From: Candidatus Binataceae bacterium
Lineage (GTDB): Bacteria; Desulfobacterota; Binatia; Binatales; Binataceae
Direction of reading: 5' to 3'
DNA: 64,000 bases
Assembly: GCA_035541875.1 (NCBI GenBank)
Contig: DATKML010000029.1
Coordinates: 5,722-69,721, forward strand
Part shown: in pieces, positions 38,426 through 48,549 of the stretch
Position numbering within the stretch: the first letter of the stretch is position 1
Layout: each line of letters opens with the position of its first letter
Translations under genes and position numbers: made by a program
The notes under the pieces: model-generated
What the model was told of the DNA's origin: nothing
The model's input: only the letters and a program-made list of their open reading frames with translations
The model's database searches: none

Positions 38426-39499
38426 ATGTTTGTAAAGAATTGCTGGTACTGCGCAGGATGGGATTACGAGCTGGTGCTCGGCCGCAATGATTTGATGCAG
38501 CGGCGGATCGCTGGTGAATCACTGGTGCTCTATCGCAAGCTCGACGGTAGCGTCGTGGCGATGGAAGACCGCTGTTGCCATCGGCAGGCCGCGATGCATC
38601 TCGGGCAGCGCGAAGGTGATTGTATCCGCTGCATGTACCACGGGATGAAGTTTGGTCCCGATGGGAAGTGCGTTGAGATCCCGGGGCAGGATCACATTCC
38701 GGACAAGGCACGTATCCGCACTTATCCAGTTGTCGAGAAACATAACTGGATTTGGGTCTGGATGGGCGATCCGGCGAAGGCCGACCCCAACTTGATCTGC
38801 TTCGCGGTTGGACCCAGCGACAAAAACTGGAATATCAAGACTTCGAAAATTAGCGTTCGGACGAACTATCGTCTCGAGATCGCGAATCTGATGGATCTGA
38901 GCCATCTGACGTGGATTCATCGGAGTAGTCTTGGTGGAACCGACCGATGGGTCACGACGCCGATTAAGCATACGATGCTGCCGCGTGGCGTGAAGAGTGA
39001 GTTCGTGTTGCGCAGTGTTCCTGCGCCGGCCTTCGTCCAGCACGTCTTTCCGCCCGGGATGCTCTTCGATATCGACATGAATGTCGATTTCACGCTGCCG
39101 TGTAGCTTCATTCTGCACTTCCAGGCTTTCACTGCCGGTACTGCGACCGAAGGACCTTCCAATGGTCAGTTGATTCTCGATAGCTGGTCCTGTCAGGCCG
39201 TTACGCCGGTCGATGAGGATAACGTCGAGTATTACTATTCGTGGGGTCCGAGTATCGCGACCGATCGCCCAGGGCTCGCAGACTTGCTACTTGCCGGAGT
39301 GAATCAGGCCTTTGCCGAGGACAAGGCCGTGCTCGAAGCGCAGTATCGCAATATCAAGGAACGGCCCGACGGTAATCTGGTTAATATCGTGCACGATGCC
39401 GGTCCCGAGAAGATGCTGCGACTGCTCGATCGGTTCCTTGCGGAGGAAGCCGCCGAAGCGACGCGGGAAGCGAATCTGCTCCGCCGCGCCCACGGGTAA
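38426..39499 (+). CDS. Rieske [2Fe-2S] non-heme iron oxygenase alpha subunit (VanA/phthalate-dioxygenase-like)
   Basis: Rieske CxH-N17-CxxH: DRCCHRQAAMHLGQREGDCIRCMYHGMKF. Confidence 0.85.
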   Translation: MFVKNCWYCAGWDYELVLGRNDLMQRRIAGESLVLYRKLDGSVVAMEDRCCHRQAAMHLGQREGDCIRCMYHGMKFGPDGKCVEIPGQDHIPDKARIRTYPVVEKHNWIWVWMGDPAKADPNLICFAVGPSDKNWNIKTSKISVRTNYRLEIANLMDLSHLTWIHRSSLGGTDRWVTTPIKHTMLPRGVKSEFVLRSVPAPAFVQHVFPPGMLFDIDMNVDFTLPCSFILHFQAFTAGTATEGPSNGQLILDSWSCQAVTPVDEDNVEYYYSWGPSIATDRPGLADLLLAGVNQAFAEDKAVLEAQYRNIKERPDGNLVNIVHDAGPEKMLRLLDRFLAEEAAEATREANLLRRAHG

Positions 39500-39503
39500 T
39501 CGC

Positions 39504-40835
39504 TTACCGCATAATCAGGTTCAGTCCTGAGGGGGTGCTGTAGCGCGGGAGATCGTCGAACTCCTTGGGGGCCTGCTCGTTGATGTAGTGTTTGCCGTCG
39601 AGTGCGGGTTCGACCGTGAAGGTCGCATGATTCTGCTCAAGGTTCCAGAAAATCTCGGCGTCCGAGCCAGTCCCAAGCACAGGACCGATTCCGGGTGCCT
39701 CGACGGCGCGCGGGAAGACGGCGTGGATGCGCGCGGGCTTCAGATCCTTGCCGTAGTTCTCGATCCAGAGTGGATTATTGTAATGGCTATCGATGTAGAT
39801 GACGCGCTTGGTGTAGCAGGTCGATCCTCCTGCTGAAGGCAGTTTACTCAAGCTGATCTCGTCGACATCGCGCAGTTGCCATTTACCCATAGAGGGTTTA
39901 GGCCATCCGAGCGGCAGATCGAATCCATCGGGAAACGCGCCCTTGGGTTCGATGGAATCGACCATCAGCAGAATTTTGCGATGAGCAACGTACTCGGCCT
40001 TGAGCTGCGTGATATTGGAATCGAAGCCGAATTGGTAGTCGTCGTGGTTCGCATCGGTGCCAGCCGTCTCGGAGCATCGGGCGGAGGCTGAGAGTTGCTG
40101 ATAACGGCGTAGCGAGGGAATAAAAGCATACGAATCTTCGCTACGAGTCGGATCCGCATAGACGATGGATAGCGTGGTGGTGTACTTGAGCTGTTCCGGT
40201 TCCAGCAGCATGAACCAGTTGGTGAAGAAGATATCGGCATACTGGCCGGTCGCCTGGAACCCGGGATCGGTGTTGTAGGCAAACTGCCGCAATACATACT
40301 GGATACCGATACAGTTCGTACTGCCGAGACTATCGACCCCGCAGGTGTAGCCGTAGGTTTGCGCCACCAGATGCGGCATGTAGCGGAACCACATGTTGGC
40401 CAGCACCTTCCATCCGCGATGGGGCTCCTGCGTATTCGGGAACGGAATACCGCCGTGGTAGTTCTTCAGCGTCAGACCGCCGGTCGGCAGCTCTTCGATC
40501 GTGACCTGGCCGGCGTATTTTTCAGTCGCATCGAGATAATTCTTCGGCAGAGGGTGGTCGACAGTCGGGCCGACCTCGATCGCGACGTCGGAGGGCATCT
40601 TCCAGAACTGTCGGCCCTCGAAAAAAGCGACCATCCCGTCGGGCATGAACTGCTTGAAGTTCTGCCAGTTCTGCATCGTGATCGTTGTGCCGACCGGCAC
40701 CGCGGCGACATCGCCTTGAGACGATGCCGTCGCCGAACCGACATTGATAACAGGGGCCGCAGGGGTCGGGCCCTCGGCCTTGGCCAGGGGTGGAAAAAAA
40801 ACGAGGGCTAAGAGGATCGCGATCTGTCTTTGCAT
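39504..40835 (-). CDS. Secreted DUF1329-like protein (LolA-like fold family often found in hydrophobic-substrate catabolic clusters)
   Basis: Signal peptide MQRQIAILLALVFFPPLAKA; overall ~440 aa and the position in the catabolic cluster match; the family call is tentative. Confidence 0.6.
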   Translation of the reverse strand: MQRQIAILLALVFFPPLAKAEGPTPAAPVINVGSATASSQGDVAAVPVGTTITMQNWQNFKQFMPDGMVAFFEGRQFWKMPSDVAIEVGPTVDHPLPKNYLDATEKYAGQVTIEELPTGGLTLKNYHGGIPFPNTQEPHRGWKVLANMWFRYMPHLVAQTYGYTCGVDSLGSTNCIGIQYVLRQFAYNTDPGFQATGQYADIFFTNWFMLLEPEQLKYTTTLSIVYADPTRSEDSYAFIPSLRRYQQLSASARCSETAGTDANHDDYQFGFDSNITQLKAEYVAHRKILLMVDSIEPKGAFPDGFDLPLGWPKPSMGKWQLRDVDEISLSKLPSAGGSTCYTKRVIYIDSHYNNPLWIENYGKDLKPARIHAVFPRAVEAPGIGPVLGTGSDAEIFWNLEQNHATFTVEPALDGKHYINEQAPKEFDDLPRYSTPSGLNLIMR

Positions 40836-40896
40836 CTCCTCGGGCTATGCCTTTCTGCCCCGGTCTGGGTAACGAAAGCGAGGCGGTTGCGGGTAA

Positions 40897-41793
40897 TCAG
40901 GCCACTCCCAGCTCAGCGGCCCACGCGAGCATGTCGCGCGCCACCTTGAGATGGGCCGTATCGACCATCACGCCGTTGAAGGTAACAACGGAAGCGCCTT
41001 CCTTCTCGCACTTTTCGACGGCCGCGATTAGTTCCTTCCAGTGCTTGATCTCTTCTTTAGTCGGCGTGAAGACCTCGTTCACGATCGCGACGTGCGACGG
41101 ATGAATCAGCAGCATCCCGGTGAGGCCGAAGTTTTTCGTCCGCTCGGCCTCTTTGCGCAGCCCTTCGAGGTCTTGAATGTCCCACCATCCGCGTCCGCCC
41201 ATCGGATAGGGGATGCCTGCAGCGCGGGAGTCGAGCAAAACCTTCGAGATGTAGTAAAAGGCTTCATGTCCTTCGTCGGTCCAGCGGAAACCGATCGCAC
41301 GCGCGATATCGCCGTCCTTGCCGGTGAGTCCGCCGAGATGGACCACGCGGGGCGAAGCGATCGCGACTTCGTACGCCTGTCGCATCCCCTGTGCAGTTTC
41401 GAGCACGGGATAGATGAGGACCGTGCCGACCTCGATGCCGTTTTTGCGCTCGAGGAATTCGATAATCGTGTCAGCGCGGCGAATATCCTCCGGGCCGGTG
41501 ACCTTGGGGAGCATCACGCAATAGAGCTCTTTGCACACGACCGCATCGAGATCCGCCCACGTGAGGCCGGTCTCGAAGTCGTTCACGCGCACCATCATGG
41601 TCTGCCCGGCGCGACCGAGTTCCTCGACCATCTTGCGGACGATTGGCCGCGCGTTGGGCTTTTCCGGCAGTGCGACCGCGTCTTCGAGATCGAGAATGAG
41701 GGCATCGGCGCCAAAGCGCGGGGCCTTCTGGATACGGTCTTCCCGATTGCCGGGGACAAAAAGAGCAGAACGAACGGGCTTAGCGCGACGCAT
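40897..41793 (-). CDS. HpcH/HpaI aldolase-citrate lyase beta-subunit-like (CitE / malyl-CoA lyase-like) protein
   Basis: SALFVPGNREDRIQKAPRFGADALILDLEDAV is the N-terminal CitE signature. Confidence 0.8.
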   Translation of the reverse strand: MRRAKPVRSALFVPGNREDRIQKAPRFGADALILDLEDAVALPEKPNARPIVRKMVEELGRAGQTMMVRVNDFETGLTWADLDAVVCKELYCVMLPKVTGPEDIRRADTIIEFLERKNGIEVGTVLIYPVLETAQGMRQAYEVAIASPRVVHLGGLTGKDGDIARAIGFRWTDEGHEAFYYISKVLLDSRAAGIPYPMGGRGWWDIQDLEGLRKEAERTKNFGLTGMLLIHPSHVAIVNEVFTPTKEEIKHWKELIAAVEKCEKEGASVVTFNGVMVDTAHLKVARDMLAWAAELGVA

Positions 41794-41903
41794 AGCTTAA
41801 CCTCAAATAATCAATTCGACCGTTACTCATAGCGATCTTGATGAGTTAATAAAAGAACCACGATCACAACCTGATGAGAGGTTGTTCACAGGGAGGTAAG
41901 ACA

Positions 41904-43139
41904 ATGGCTGCATATAAAAAGATCTTCGAAGGTATCCGGATTCTCGACGTCACCCAGTATCTTGCGGGACCGGTCGCCGCGCGCCTTTTCGTTGATCTCG
42001 GCGCGGAGGTAATCAAAGTCGAACCGCCGCCGCGAGGCGAGGGCAGCCGGATGCTGCGCTTCAGCCCGACCGATGGGCCGAAAGGTGCACCGGCCGCTTA
42101 CTTCACGATGCATAATCGCGGCAAGAAGTGCATCTGTATCGATTTCAAACGACCCGAAGGCGCTGCGATCCTGAAGGATTTGGCGAAGACCGCCGACGTC
42201 TTCTTCCAGAACTATACGCCTGGCGTGATGGATAAATACGGATTGGGCTACAAGGATATCGCCGCGGTCAAACCGGATATCGTGATGTGCTCGGTTTCGA
42301 CCTACGGCCAGGAAGGGCCGTATGCACAGCGTATCGGCAACGATCTCGTGGCGTTGGCGGCTGGTGGCCTGCTCCACATGATGGGTGAGCCGGATGGCCA
42401 TCCGGTCTATCCCGCATCGGCGATCGCCGACCACATGACGGCAGTGAATGCCTTTGGTGCGATCAGCGCCGCGTTGTTCCATCGCCAGCGTACTGGCGAG
42501 GGGCAGCATATCGATCTGGCGCTGGTTGATTGCGTCTTCAATTCGCACGATTGGCAGCTCGCGGCTTACACGGCCTCGAACGGCGAAATTGATCCGCAAC
42601 GCGGCGGCACGCAGCGAACCGGGGCGTTTCCGTACGGCGTCTTTAAGGGAAAGGACGGCTATATCGGAATCGGCGTCTTTACCGAGCCGCAGTGGGAGGC
42701 GCTGGTTACCCGGATCGGGCGCGAAGAGCTGATGATGCCGGAGTTCAAATCGATGCCCGGGCGCACGCAGAATCAGGAGATGCTCAAGCTTCTGATCGAA
42801 GAATGGTTCCAGACGTTGCCTAATGACGACGAGGCAATTCGGATCCTGGCCGACGAGCTACGTCTGCCTGCTGCGCGGCTCTTGTCCGTCGGGCAGTTCA
42901 CCAACGATCCGGTGATGAGTCCGCGGATGGTGCAGAAGCTTCCGACGGTGAACGGTGGCGAGATGATGGTGCTCAAGTCGCCGCATAAGTTCTCGAAGAC
43001 TCCACCTGAGATTCCCGGTCCGGCGGCGATGCTCGGTGAGCAATCGAGCGACTTGCTGCGTTCGCTCTGTGGCTATTCCGATGAGCACATCAAGGGACTG
43101 ATCGAGCAGGGGCTGATCGTCGAATCACATTCGTCTTGA
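41904..43139 (+). CDS. CoA-transferase family III (CaiB/BaiF)
   Basis: IRILDVTQYLAGPVAARLFVDLGAEVIKVEPP...; GGGAGG RBS. Confidence 0.85.
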   Translation: MAAYKKIFEGIRILDVTQYLAGPVAARLFVDLGAEVIKVEPPPRGEGSRMLRFSPTDGPKGAPAAYFTMHNRGKKCICIDFKRPEGAAILKDLAKTADVFFQNYTPGVMDKYGLGYKDIAAVKPDIVMCSVSTYGQEGPYAQRIGNDLVALAAGGLLHMMGEPDGHPVYPASAIADHMTAVNAFGAISAALFHRQRTGEGQHIDLALVDCVFNSHDWQLAAYTASNGEIDPQRGGTQRTGAFPYGVFKGKDGYIGIGVFTEPQWEALVTRIGREELMMPEFKSMPGRTQNQEMLKLLIEEWFQTLPNDDEAIRILADELRLPAARLLSVGQFTNDPVMSPRMVQKLPTVNGGEMMVLKSPHKFSKTPPEIPGPAAMLGEQSSDLLRSLCGYSDEHIKGLIEQGLIVESHSS

Positions 43140-43230
43140 GATAAAAGTATGATGCGGTGGTGGGCAGCCACCACCGCATCCCTCCGGGCCGTTGGGGGAA
43201 GGCACGACCCGGAGTAGTCGCAGGTGAGTT

Positions 43231-44211
43231 CTAATCGTTCAACGTACAGGCCGGGCTGTTCTTGCCTACGATAGGAGGTGTGGCCGTAGAGTCGCCGGCA
43301 ATGTTATTGAGCCAGTCGTTCGAGTCGCATGCAGCGTTCGAGTCGAACAAGTCGTCTGTAATGTTGCTAACGCCCTGGATAGAGATTACCACATTTCCAG
43401 TCGCATTAGTGTCGAGCGCGATACCGTAAAAGGTGTTGTCATTCACATAGGCATACTGAATGTTGTTCTGCACGCTCTTACCCGCGGATTTGCCTGAGCA
43501 ATTCACTCCAGCCGCCGTCGCTGTTGCGCCGCACCCGACTAAAATGCCTACTTTCTGAGTCGCGGGGCTTATGCTGTTGCCAGCATCCCCATACGCGATG
43601 TAGTTCTTCTGGCCCTGCCTGACCCACAAACCAACGTCAATATTGTCGTACGCTCCCCAAAAGGTCACGTTGTTGGACGTAGAGTGGAGGAGTTCAATTC
43701 CGACGTCGTTCAGGTCCGTTTCAATATCGGAGATGGTTCCCAGGTTAGAGTCGCTCCCCACTCCCACGGACCAACCCGAGATCAACGATGTGCCTCCCGT
43801 GGGGCTACCGCCGGTCAATGTCAGATAGGGAGAGCCAGCGTTTATATAGATACCGGTGTTGTTGTTTGCCGCCGCTACACCCGGTCCCGTTATGGCATGC
43901 GCCTCCAAGTCTAACACCACGTTAGAAGCTTTAACTTCCAGACAGTTCCCTGCAGGAGTCAGCGGTTGCGTCGAATTGAGGTCTTTCGTTACGTGGTAAA
44001 CGCCCTTCTTTGTAATGGTGCATCCGCAACTTATGATGGGATCCACGCAGGCCGTCGCCTTTCCTTTCGCTGCATCTCCAGCATCCTGGGCAAAGGCGTG
44101 TCCACCAAAGCCCGCAAGCGCGATAACACCTCCCAGTGCCACCGCTAGCCAAGAGCTATTGCGCGATGCCGCGCATTCTCCAGTTCCGCCATCCAGTCGT
44201 CGCCTGTTCAT
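43231..44211 (-). CDS. Secreted right-handed parallel beta-helix repeat protein
   Basis: Start moved to MNRRRLDGG... (GGAGG RBS); signal peptide LAVALGGVIALAGFGGHAFA; Gly/Asn/Thr-rich repeats with periodic hydrophobics (NNTGIYINAGSPYLTLTGG..). Confidence 0.65.
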   Translation of the reverse strand: MNRRRLDGGTGECAASRNSSWLAVALGGVIALAGFGGHAFAQDAGDAAKGKATACVDPIISCGCTITKKGVYHVTKDLNSTQPLTPAGNCLEVKASNVVLDLEAHAITGPGVAAANNNTGIYINAGSPYLTLTGGSPTGGTSLISGWSVGVGSDSNLGTISDIETDLNDVGIELLHSTSNNVTFWGAYDNIDVGLWVRQGQKNYIAYGDAGNSISPATQKVGILVGCGATATAAGVNCSGKSAGKSVQNNIQYAYVNDNTFYGIALDTNATGNVVISIQGVSNITDDLFDSNAACDSNDWLNNIAGDSTATPPIVGKNSPACTLND

Positions 44212-45046
44212 AAATCCTCCTAGGGGGTTGATTTGCGAAGTCTTACTAGCGCAACGTCCATGCCATGCCTTTGAGCGCCGTGCGGAGGTGTTCAGGCACA
44301 AGTTGCTTACTTGAGGATTAGAAAACTTGCATTTCTTGACATTTATACGCGGTCGGGGAGGTTGGCAGACGCAAGCCGACCTTTCAGATCGTCTCCGAAA
44401 GACGCACTCAAGGATTGTTTCGCGTGGCTGCGGTGCCGTTCGCTACGATCCTCGGCGCGTACCTTTGATGCCAAAGCTAGCTACGCGGTTCAATTACTTA
44501 TTCTTTATAATAGCCAATCGCGATTGCTCCTAAAGGAAACGTTTCCGAACGATACGTTTCTAACCGTCGAATCGACTTCGTCGTGTGCCAGCCGTGAAAA
44601 TAGGAAATGAGACGTACGCGATGTCGCGGATAATCGAGGACGCTTCACGCTATTAAGATTGGTTGTCTATTATCAGCTATGTGTAAAGCTTAATAATCTA
44701 CTGGGATTATGCGTATTACAATGTCAACGAAACTTATAGCTAGAATATAGATGCGGAATGTTTCGCTTTTGCTTAATCGAGCTCGATTGAATCGAAAGGG
44801 AGCAGGGGCGTATCCGAAGGATACGGACTGCAGGCCTGAATTCTATGAAGTGTCGGAGCAGGCCACGAACACGTCAGGCCGAGGTATGCTGAGAAGCCCA
44901 AGATTGAATGAATTTATCTAGATGTATGTTTCAACTAACTAACGCAAGCTCAGGGTTGCAACATTGCGGAAGTATAGAAATGGTGCGAAAGGAACCAGTG
45001 AAGCGGTGCGATCGGCACCGCCCGCTACAATTTACGATTAGCTGCA

Positions 45047-45077
45047 GAAAAAAATGCGCGCGGCGTTCACCGCGCGC
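45047..45077 (-). terminator. Rho-independent terminator of aguA (GCGCGCGG-tgaacg-CCGCGCGC followed by TTTTTTT on the minus strand)
   Basis: Perfect 8-bp GC stem plus a 7-T run, 20 nt after the aguA stop. Confidence 0.75.
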
Positions 45078-45097
45078 AGATGAGGCTCAGAAGGAAC

Positions 45098-46186
45098 TCA
45101 ACTGGCGGGATGCTGCTGCGTCAGGCAATGGATTGCGCCGAGACCCCAGACGAGGTCGGTCGAGGGAACCATCACAACCTGACGTCCCGGAAACAACCGC
45201 GCGAGCGTGGCCGACGCGATAGTGTCCTGAGGGCAGTCGAACGAAGGCATGATCACGCCGTGATTGGTCACGTAGAAGTTCGCGTATGAGGCAGGCAGCC
45301 GAGTACCGTCGTATGACAGCGCCGGCGGCATGGGTAGCGTTTCGATCTTGAAGGGACGCCCCGACGGATCACGCATCGCGCGAAGGCGCGCCAGATTATC
45401 GCGCAGAACGGCATAGTTTGCATCGGCCGGATCTTCTTCGACGACGGTCACGATTGTGTCGGGCGAGGTGAAGCGTGCAAGGTCGTCGATATGGCCGTCG
45501 GTGTCGTCACCGGCGATTCCGTCGCCGAGCCACAAAACCTGTGTAACTCCGAAATAGGCTTGGAGATATTCCTCTACCTCGGTGCGGGTCAGATGCGGAT
45601 TCCGATTGCGGTTCAGCAGGCACGATTCCGTGGTCAGCAGGCTGCCAACGCCGTTCACCTCGATCGAGCCGCCTTCGAGCACGATGCCGGGTTCGATCAC
45701 GTCGAAGCCGTAGCGCTCGCCGAGGCGGCGCGGTACGACGTCATCGAGATCGAAGGCACCGTACTTCTCACCCCATGAGTTGAAGCGAAAATCGAGCGCA
45801 ATTTGCGGTGCATGCCCACCCACCTGATTCAGGAAGATGGGGCCGTGATCGCGAATCCACGAGTCGTTCGTGGGAACCGAGATGAATTCGATTCGTTCCA
45901 TCCGCGCCGTGCCGCCGAAGGGCCCGGGTGCGTCGATAATCAAAGCCGCGATCTCCTGCGCATCGAGGGTGTCGTTGACGAGCACGCGCAGTGGCTCAAA
46001 GTGCGCGATCGCTGCTGCCATCTTGGCAAAGACACTGGGAATCGGATCGAACTTGCCCGGCCAGGTCTCAAGGTTGTGCGGCCAGACGATATAAGTCGCT
46101 AGATGCGGGGCCCACTCGGCCGGCATCTGATAACCAATCAGACGGTCGCGATCGTTCGACGAAATAGGGCTGACAGCTTTAGGCAT
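45098..46186 (-). CDS. aguA: Agmatine deiminase
   Basis: SWIRDHGPIF, GGSIEVNG, GAIHCLTQQ motifs of the agmatine/porphyranyl-arginine deiminase family; adjacent to N-carbamoylputrescine amidase. Confidence 0.85.
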   Translation of the reverse strand: MPKAVSPISSNDRDRLIGYQMPAEWAPHLATYIVWPHNLETWPGKFDPIPSVFAKMAAAIAHFEPLRVLVNDTLDAQEIAALIIDAPGPFGGTARMERIEFISVPTNDSWIRDHGPIFLNQVGGHAPQIALDFRFNSWGEKYGAFDLDDVVPRRLGERYGFDVIEPGIVLEGGSIEVNGVGSLLTTESCLLNRNRNPHLTRTEVEEYLQAYFGVTQVLWLGDGIAGDDTDGHIDDLARFTSPDTIVTVVEEDPADANYAVLRDNLARLRAMRDPSGRPFKIETLPMPPALSYDGTRLPASYANFYVTNHGVIMPSFDCPQDTIASATLARLFPGRQVVMVPSTDLVWGLGAIHCLTQQHPAS

Positions 46187-46272
46187 AAGAAAATCGCTTT
46201 GCGTTCCTTCGAGTTCGGTCCCAACTTTATTGGGATCACTCGTCGCAGACTCCTCGTTCGCTTCGCTTTTGC

Positions 46273-47142
46273 TTAACTCCGGAAGCGTTTGGTCAAGTCG
46301 CCGTAAGCATCGATGCGTCGGTCACGCAAAAACGGCCAGTTGCGGCGGGTATCTTCGATTTTATTCAAGTCACAATCGACGATCAGCGTTTCCTCGTCGG
46401 TATGGCTGGCACGCGCGAGCACTTCGCCGAACGGATCGCAAATGAACGAACCGCCCCAGAACTCGATCGCTCCCTCGGAGCCGCATCGGTTCACTGACGC
46501 GACGAAGACGCCGTTGGCGATCGCGTGCGACCGCTGAATCGTCTCCCACGCCGAGTACATCTTGCGCCGCAGCGGCTCGGGCATATCGGCGGTCCATCCG
46601 ATAGCGGTGGGATAGAAGAGAATCTGCGCTCCGGCCATCGCGGTCAGACGCGCTCCCTCCGGAAACCATTGGTCCCAACAGATCAGCACTCCGAGGCTCG
46701 TGTTATCCACCCGATGGGCGATGAAATCGCGATCGCCGGGAGCGAAATAAAACTTCTCGTAATAGCCCGGATCGTCGGGAATATGCATCTTGCGATAGAG
46801 CCCGGCGATCTGCCCAGTCGCATCGAGCACGACCGCCGAGTTGTGGTAAACACCGGCGGCCCGCCGCTCGAAGAGAGGCGCGATAATCGCGATCTTTTTG
46901 GCGCGCGCGACTTCACCGAGCTTTTCAGTGCTCGGTCCGGGAATCGGCTCAGCAAGATCGAAGTTGCCGTTTTCCTCGGTCTGGCAGGGATACCATGAGC
47001 GATAGAGTTCCTGCAGGCATACGACCTTTGCGCCGCCGGCTGCCGCGTCCTCGATTCGCGCGATGGCCCTGCCGAGATTGCGCTCGGGTTCGCGTGCGCA
47101 AGTCATCTGGATCAGGGCGATTCTGAGCTGTCCCGCATCCAT
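46273..47142 (-). CDS. aguB: N-carbamoylputrescine amidase (carbon-nitrogen hydrolase family)
   Basis: IALIQM, CLQELY...; catalytic Cys context VLICWDQWFPE. Confidence 0.85.
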   Translation of the reverse strand: MDAGQLRIALIQMTCAREPERNLGRAIARIEDAAAGGAKVVCLQELYRSWYPCQTEENGNFDLAEPIPGPSTEKLGEVARAKKIAIIAPLFERRAAGVYHNSAVVLDATGQIAGLYRKMHIPDDPGYYEKFYFAPGDRDFIAHRVDNTSLGVLICWDQWFPEGARLTAMAGAQILFYPTAIGWTADMPEPLRRKMYSAWETIQRSHAIANGVFVASVNRCGSEGAIEFWGGSFICDPFGEVLARASHTDEETLIVDCDLNKIEDTRRNWPFLRDRRIDAYGDLTKRFRS

Positions 47143-47366
47143 GGGTGATCAGAGATAGCAGCCACGATGCTTCCGGGCTACGGCAGAATATTACACGAGC
47201 GTTACGCCCTTGGTGACCACCGAGCGCTTCCCAGAGCATAAGCCAGTACCAGCCCAGCTTCGCGAGTCCTGAAAACTCGCGAAGCGGTCCGAAGTCGTGG
47301 CCGGTTCGCTCGTCGCTGACTCCTCGCTCAGAGCGGCGAGGTAGGCGAGTTCCCGAGCGACGGAGC

Positions 47367-48467
47367 TTATCGCATCAGCGGCATCACCAGCTCAGAGAAA
47401 TCGCGGAAGACCTTGCGCTGATATTCCGCCGGAGGCAGTAACGCGATTCCCGTCAGTCCCTTTTTCTCGAGCTCAGCAAGCTGATGCACGATCTCGTCGG
47501 GTGTGCCCGCGACGCAGGTGCCGAGAATCGCTTCGGGCGTAACCAGGAACTCCTCGCCCGCCTGCATATAGGTGCAGTGGCCGTCGTGGATCTGGCGGAA
47601 GCGCTTCTCCTCGGGCAGCGAGAAATTCGCGACGTGCTCCAGATAGCGCCCCCAGTTGTTGCGGAAGTATGGCGGAATCAGTTCGTCCTTCTTGCCGAGG
47701 TCTTTCCAGATCTCATAGGCGAAATGGAAAATCGCGGTTACCCACGATCCGGTCTCCTGAATCACACGCTCATCCGTGAGCTTCTCGCCGGGTCGCAAGA
47801 CGCATCCCGAAATAAGCGCTGTACTCACGAAACGATTGGGCAGTTGGCGCCCGGCCTTCTTGGCTCCCGACTCGATACTTGCCAGCTTGGGGCCGGGATC
47901 GTCTGCGCCGCCTGTGATCCAGCCGTCACCGTACATTCCGGCGGCTTCGCAAGCCTTCGGACCGTTGGCCGCGACGTAGATTGGCACCGGGTTTTCGACG
48001 TTGACGTAATGGAGGTCGCGATGGAGAAACTGAATCTCGCGCGCGACGCCCTCGTAGGTATAATCAACCGCCTCACCATGGAGCAGGGCACGCACGACGC
48101 GCAGATACTCGCGGAACTCCTTTAACCGCATCGGATTCTGCCCCATCACGCGCATCGCGGTGTGGCCCGTGCCGATCCCCAGGAAGATGCGCCCCGGCGC
48201 AATCTGATTGATCGTCGCGATCGAGTGCGCGGTGACCGGGGCGAGACGGGTGCCGGGAATCGAGACGCCGGTACCGATCTTGATGCGCTTGGTGGCCTGC
48301 GCTGCCAGTGCCATCGTGGCGTAGCAATCGGACCAGATCATTTGCGAGTCAGGAATCCAGGCGCGATCGAAGCCAAGCTCCTCGGCGTAACGAACCAGAT
48401 CCCACTTCTCGATATGCGTGTCGATACAAATGCCAAATTCCATCGTGAGGCTCCGCAGCGTGCTCAA
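47367..48467 (-). CDS. LLM-class flavin-dependent oxidoreductase
   Basis: EFGICID...GFDRAWIPDSQ...GRIFLGIGTGH. Confidence 0.8.
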   Translation of the reverse strand: MSTLRSLTMEFGICIDTHIEKWDLVRYAEELGFDRAWIPDSQMIWSDCYATMALAAQATKRIKIGTGVSIPGTRLAPVTAHSIATINQIAPGRIFLGIGTGHTAMRVMGQNPMRLKEFREYLRVVRALLHGEAVDYTYEGVAREIQFLHRDLHYVNVENPVPIYVAANGPKACEAAGMYGDGWITGGADDPGPKLASIESGAKKAGRQLPNRFVSTALISGCVLRPGEKLTDERVIQETGSWVTAIFHFAYEIWKDLGKKDELIPPYFRNNWGRYLEHVANFSLPEEKRFRQIHDGHCTYMQAGEEFLVTPEAILGTCVAGTPDEIVHQLAELEKKGLTGIALLPPAEYQRKVFRDFSELVMPLMR

Positions 48468-48549
48468 ATTTACAGTTCAGAACAAACAGCTTTCGCTGGC
48501 GAGTTGCAACTGCTCCATTCTGATAATTTAATAGCGGCTCCGGATTGGC

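Noticed and set aside
41041-41832. 263-aa plus-strand ORF opposite the CitE-like gene
   Set aside because: The minus-strand frame carries the CitE N-terminal signature (FVPGNR...ADALILDLEDAV); the plus frame has no motif.
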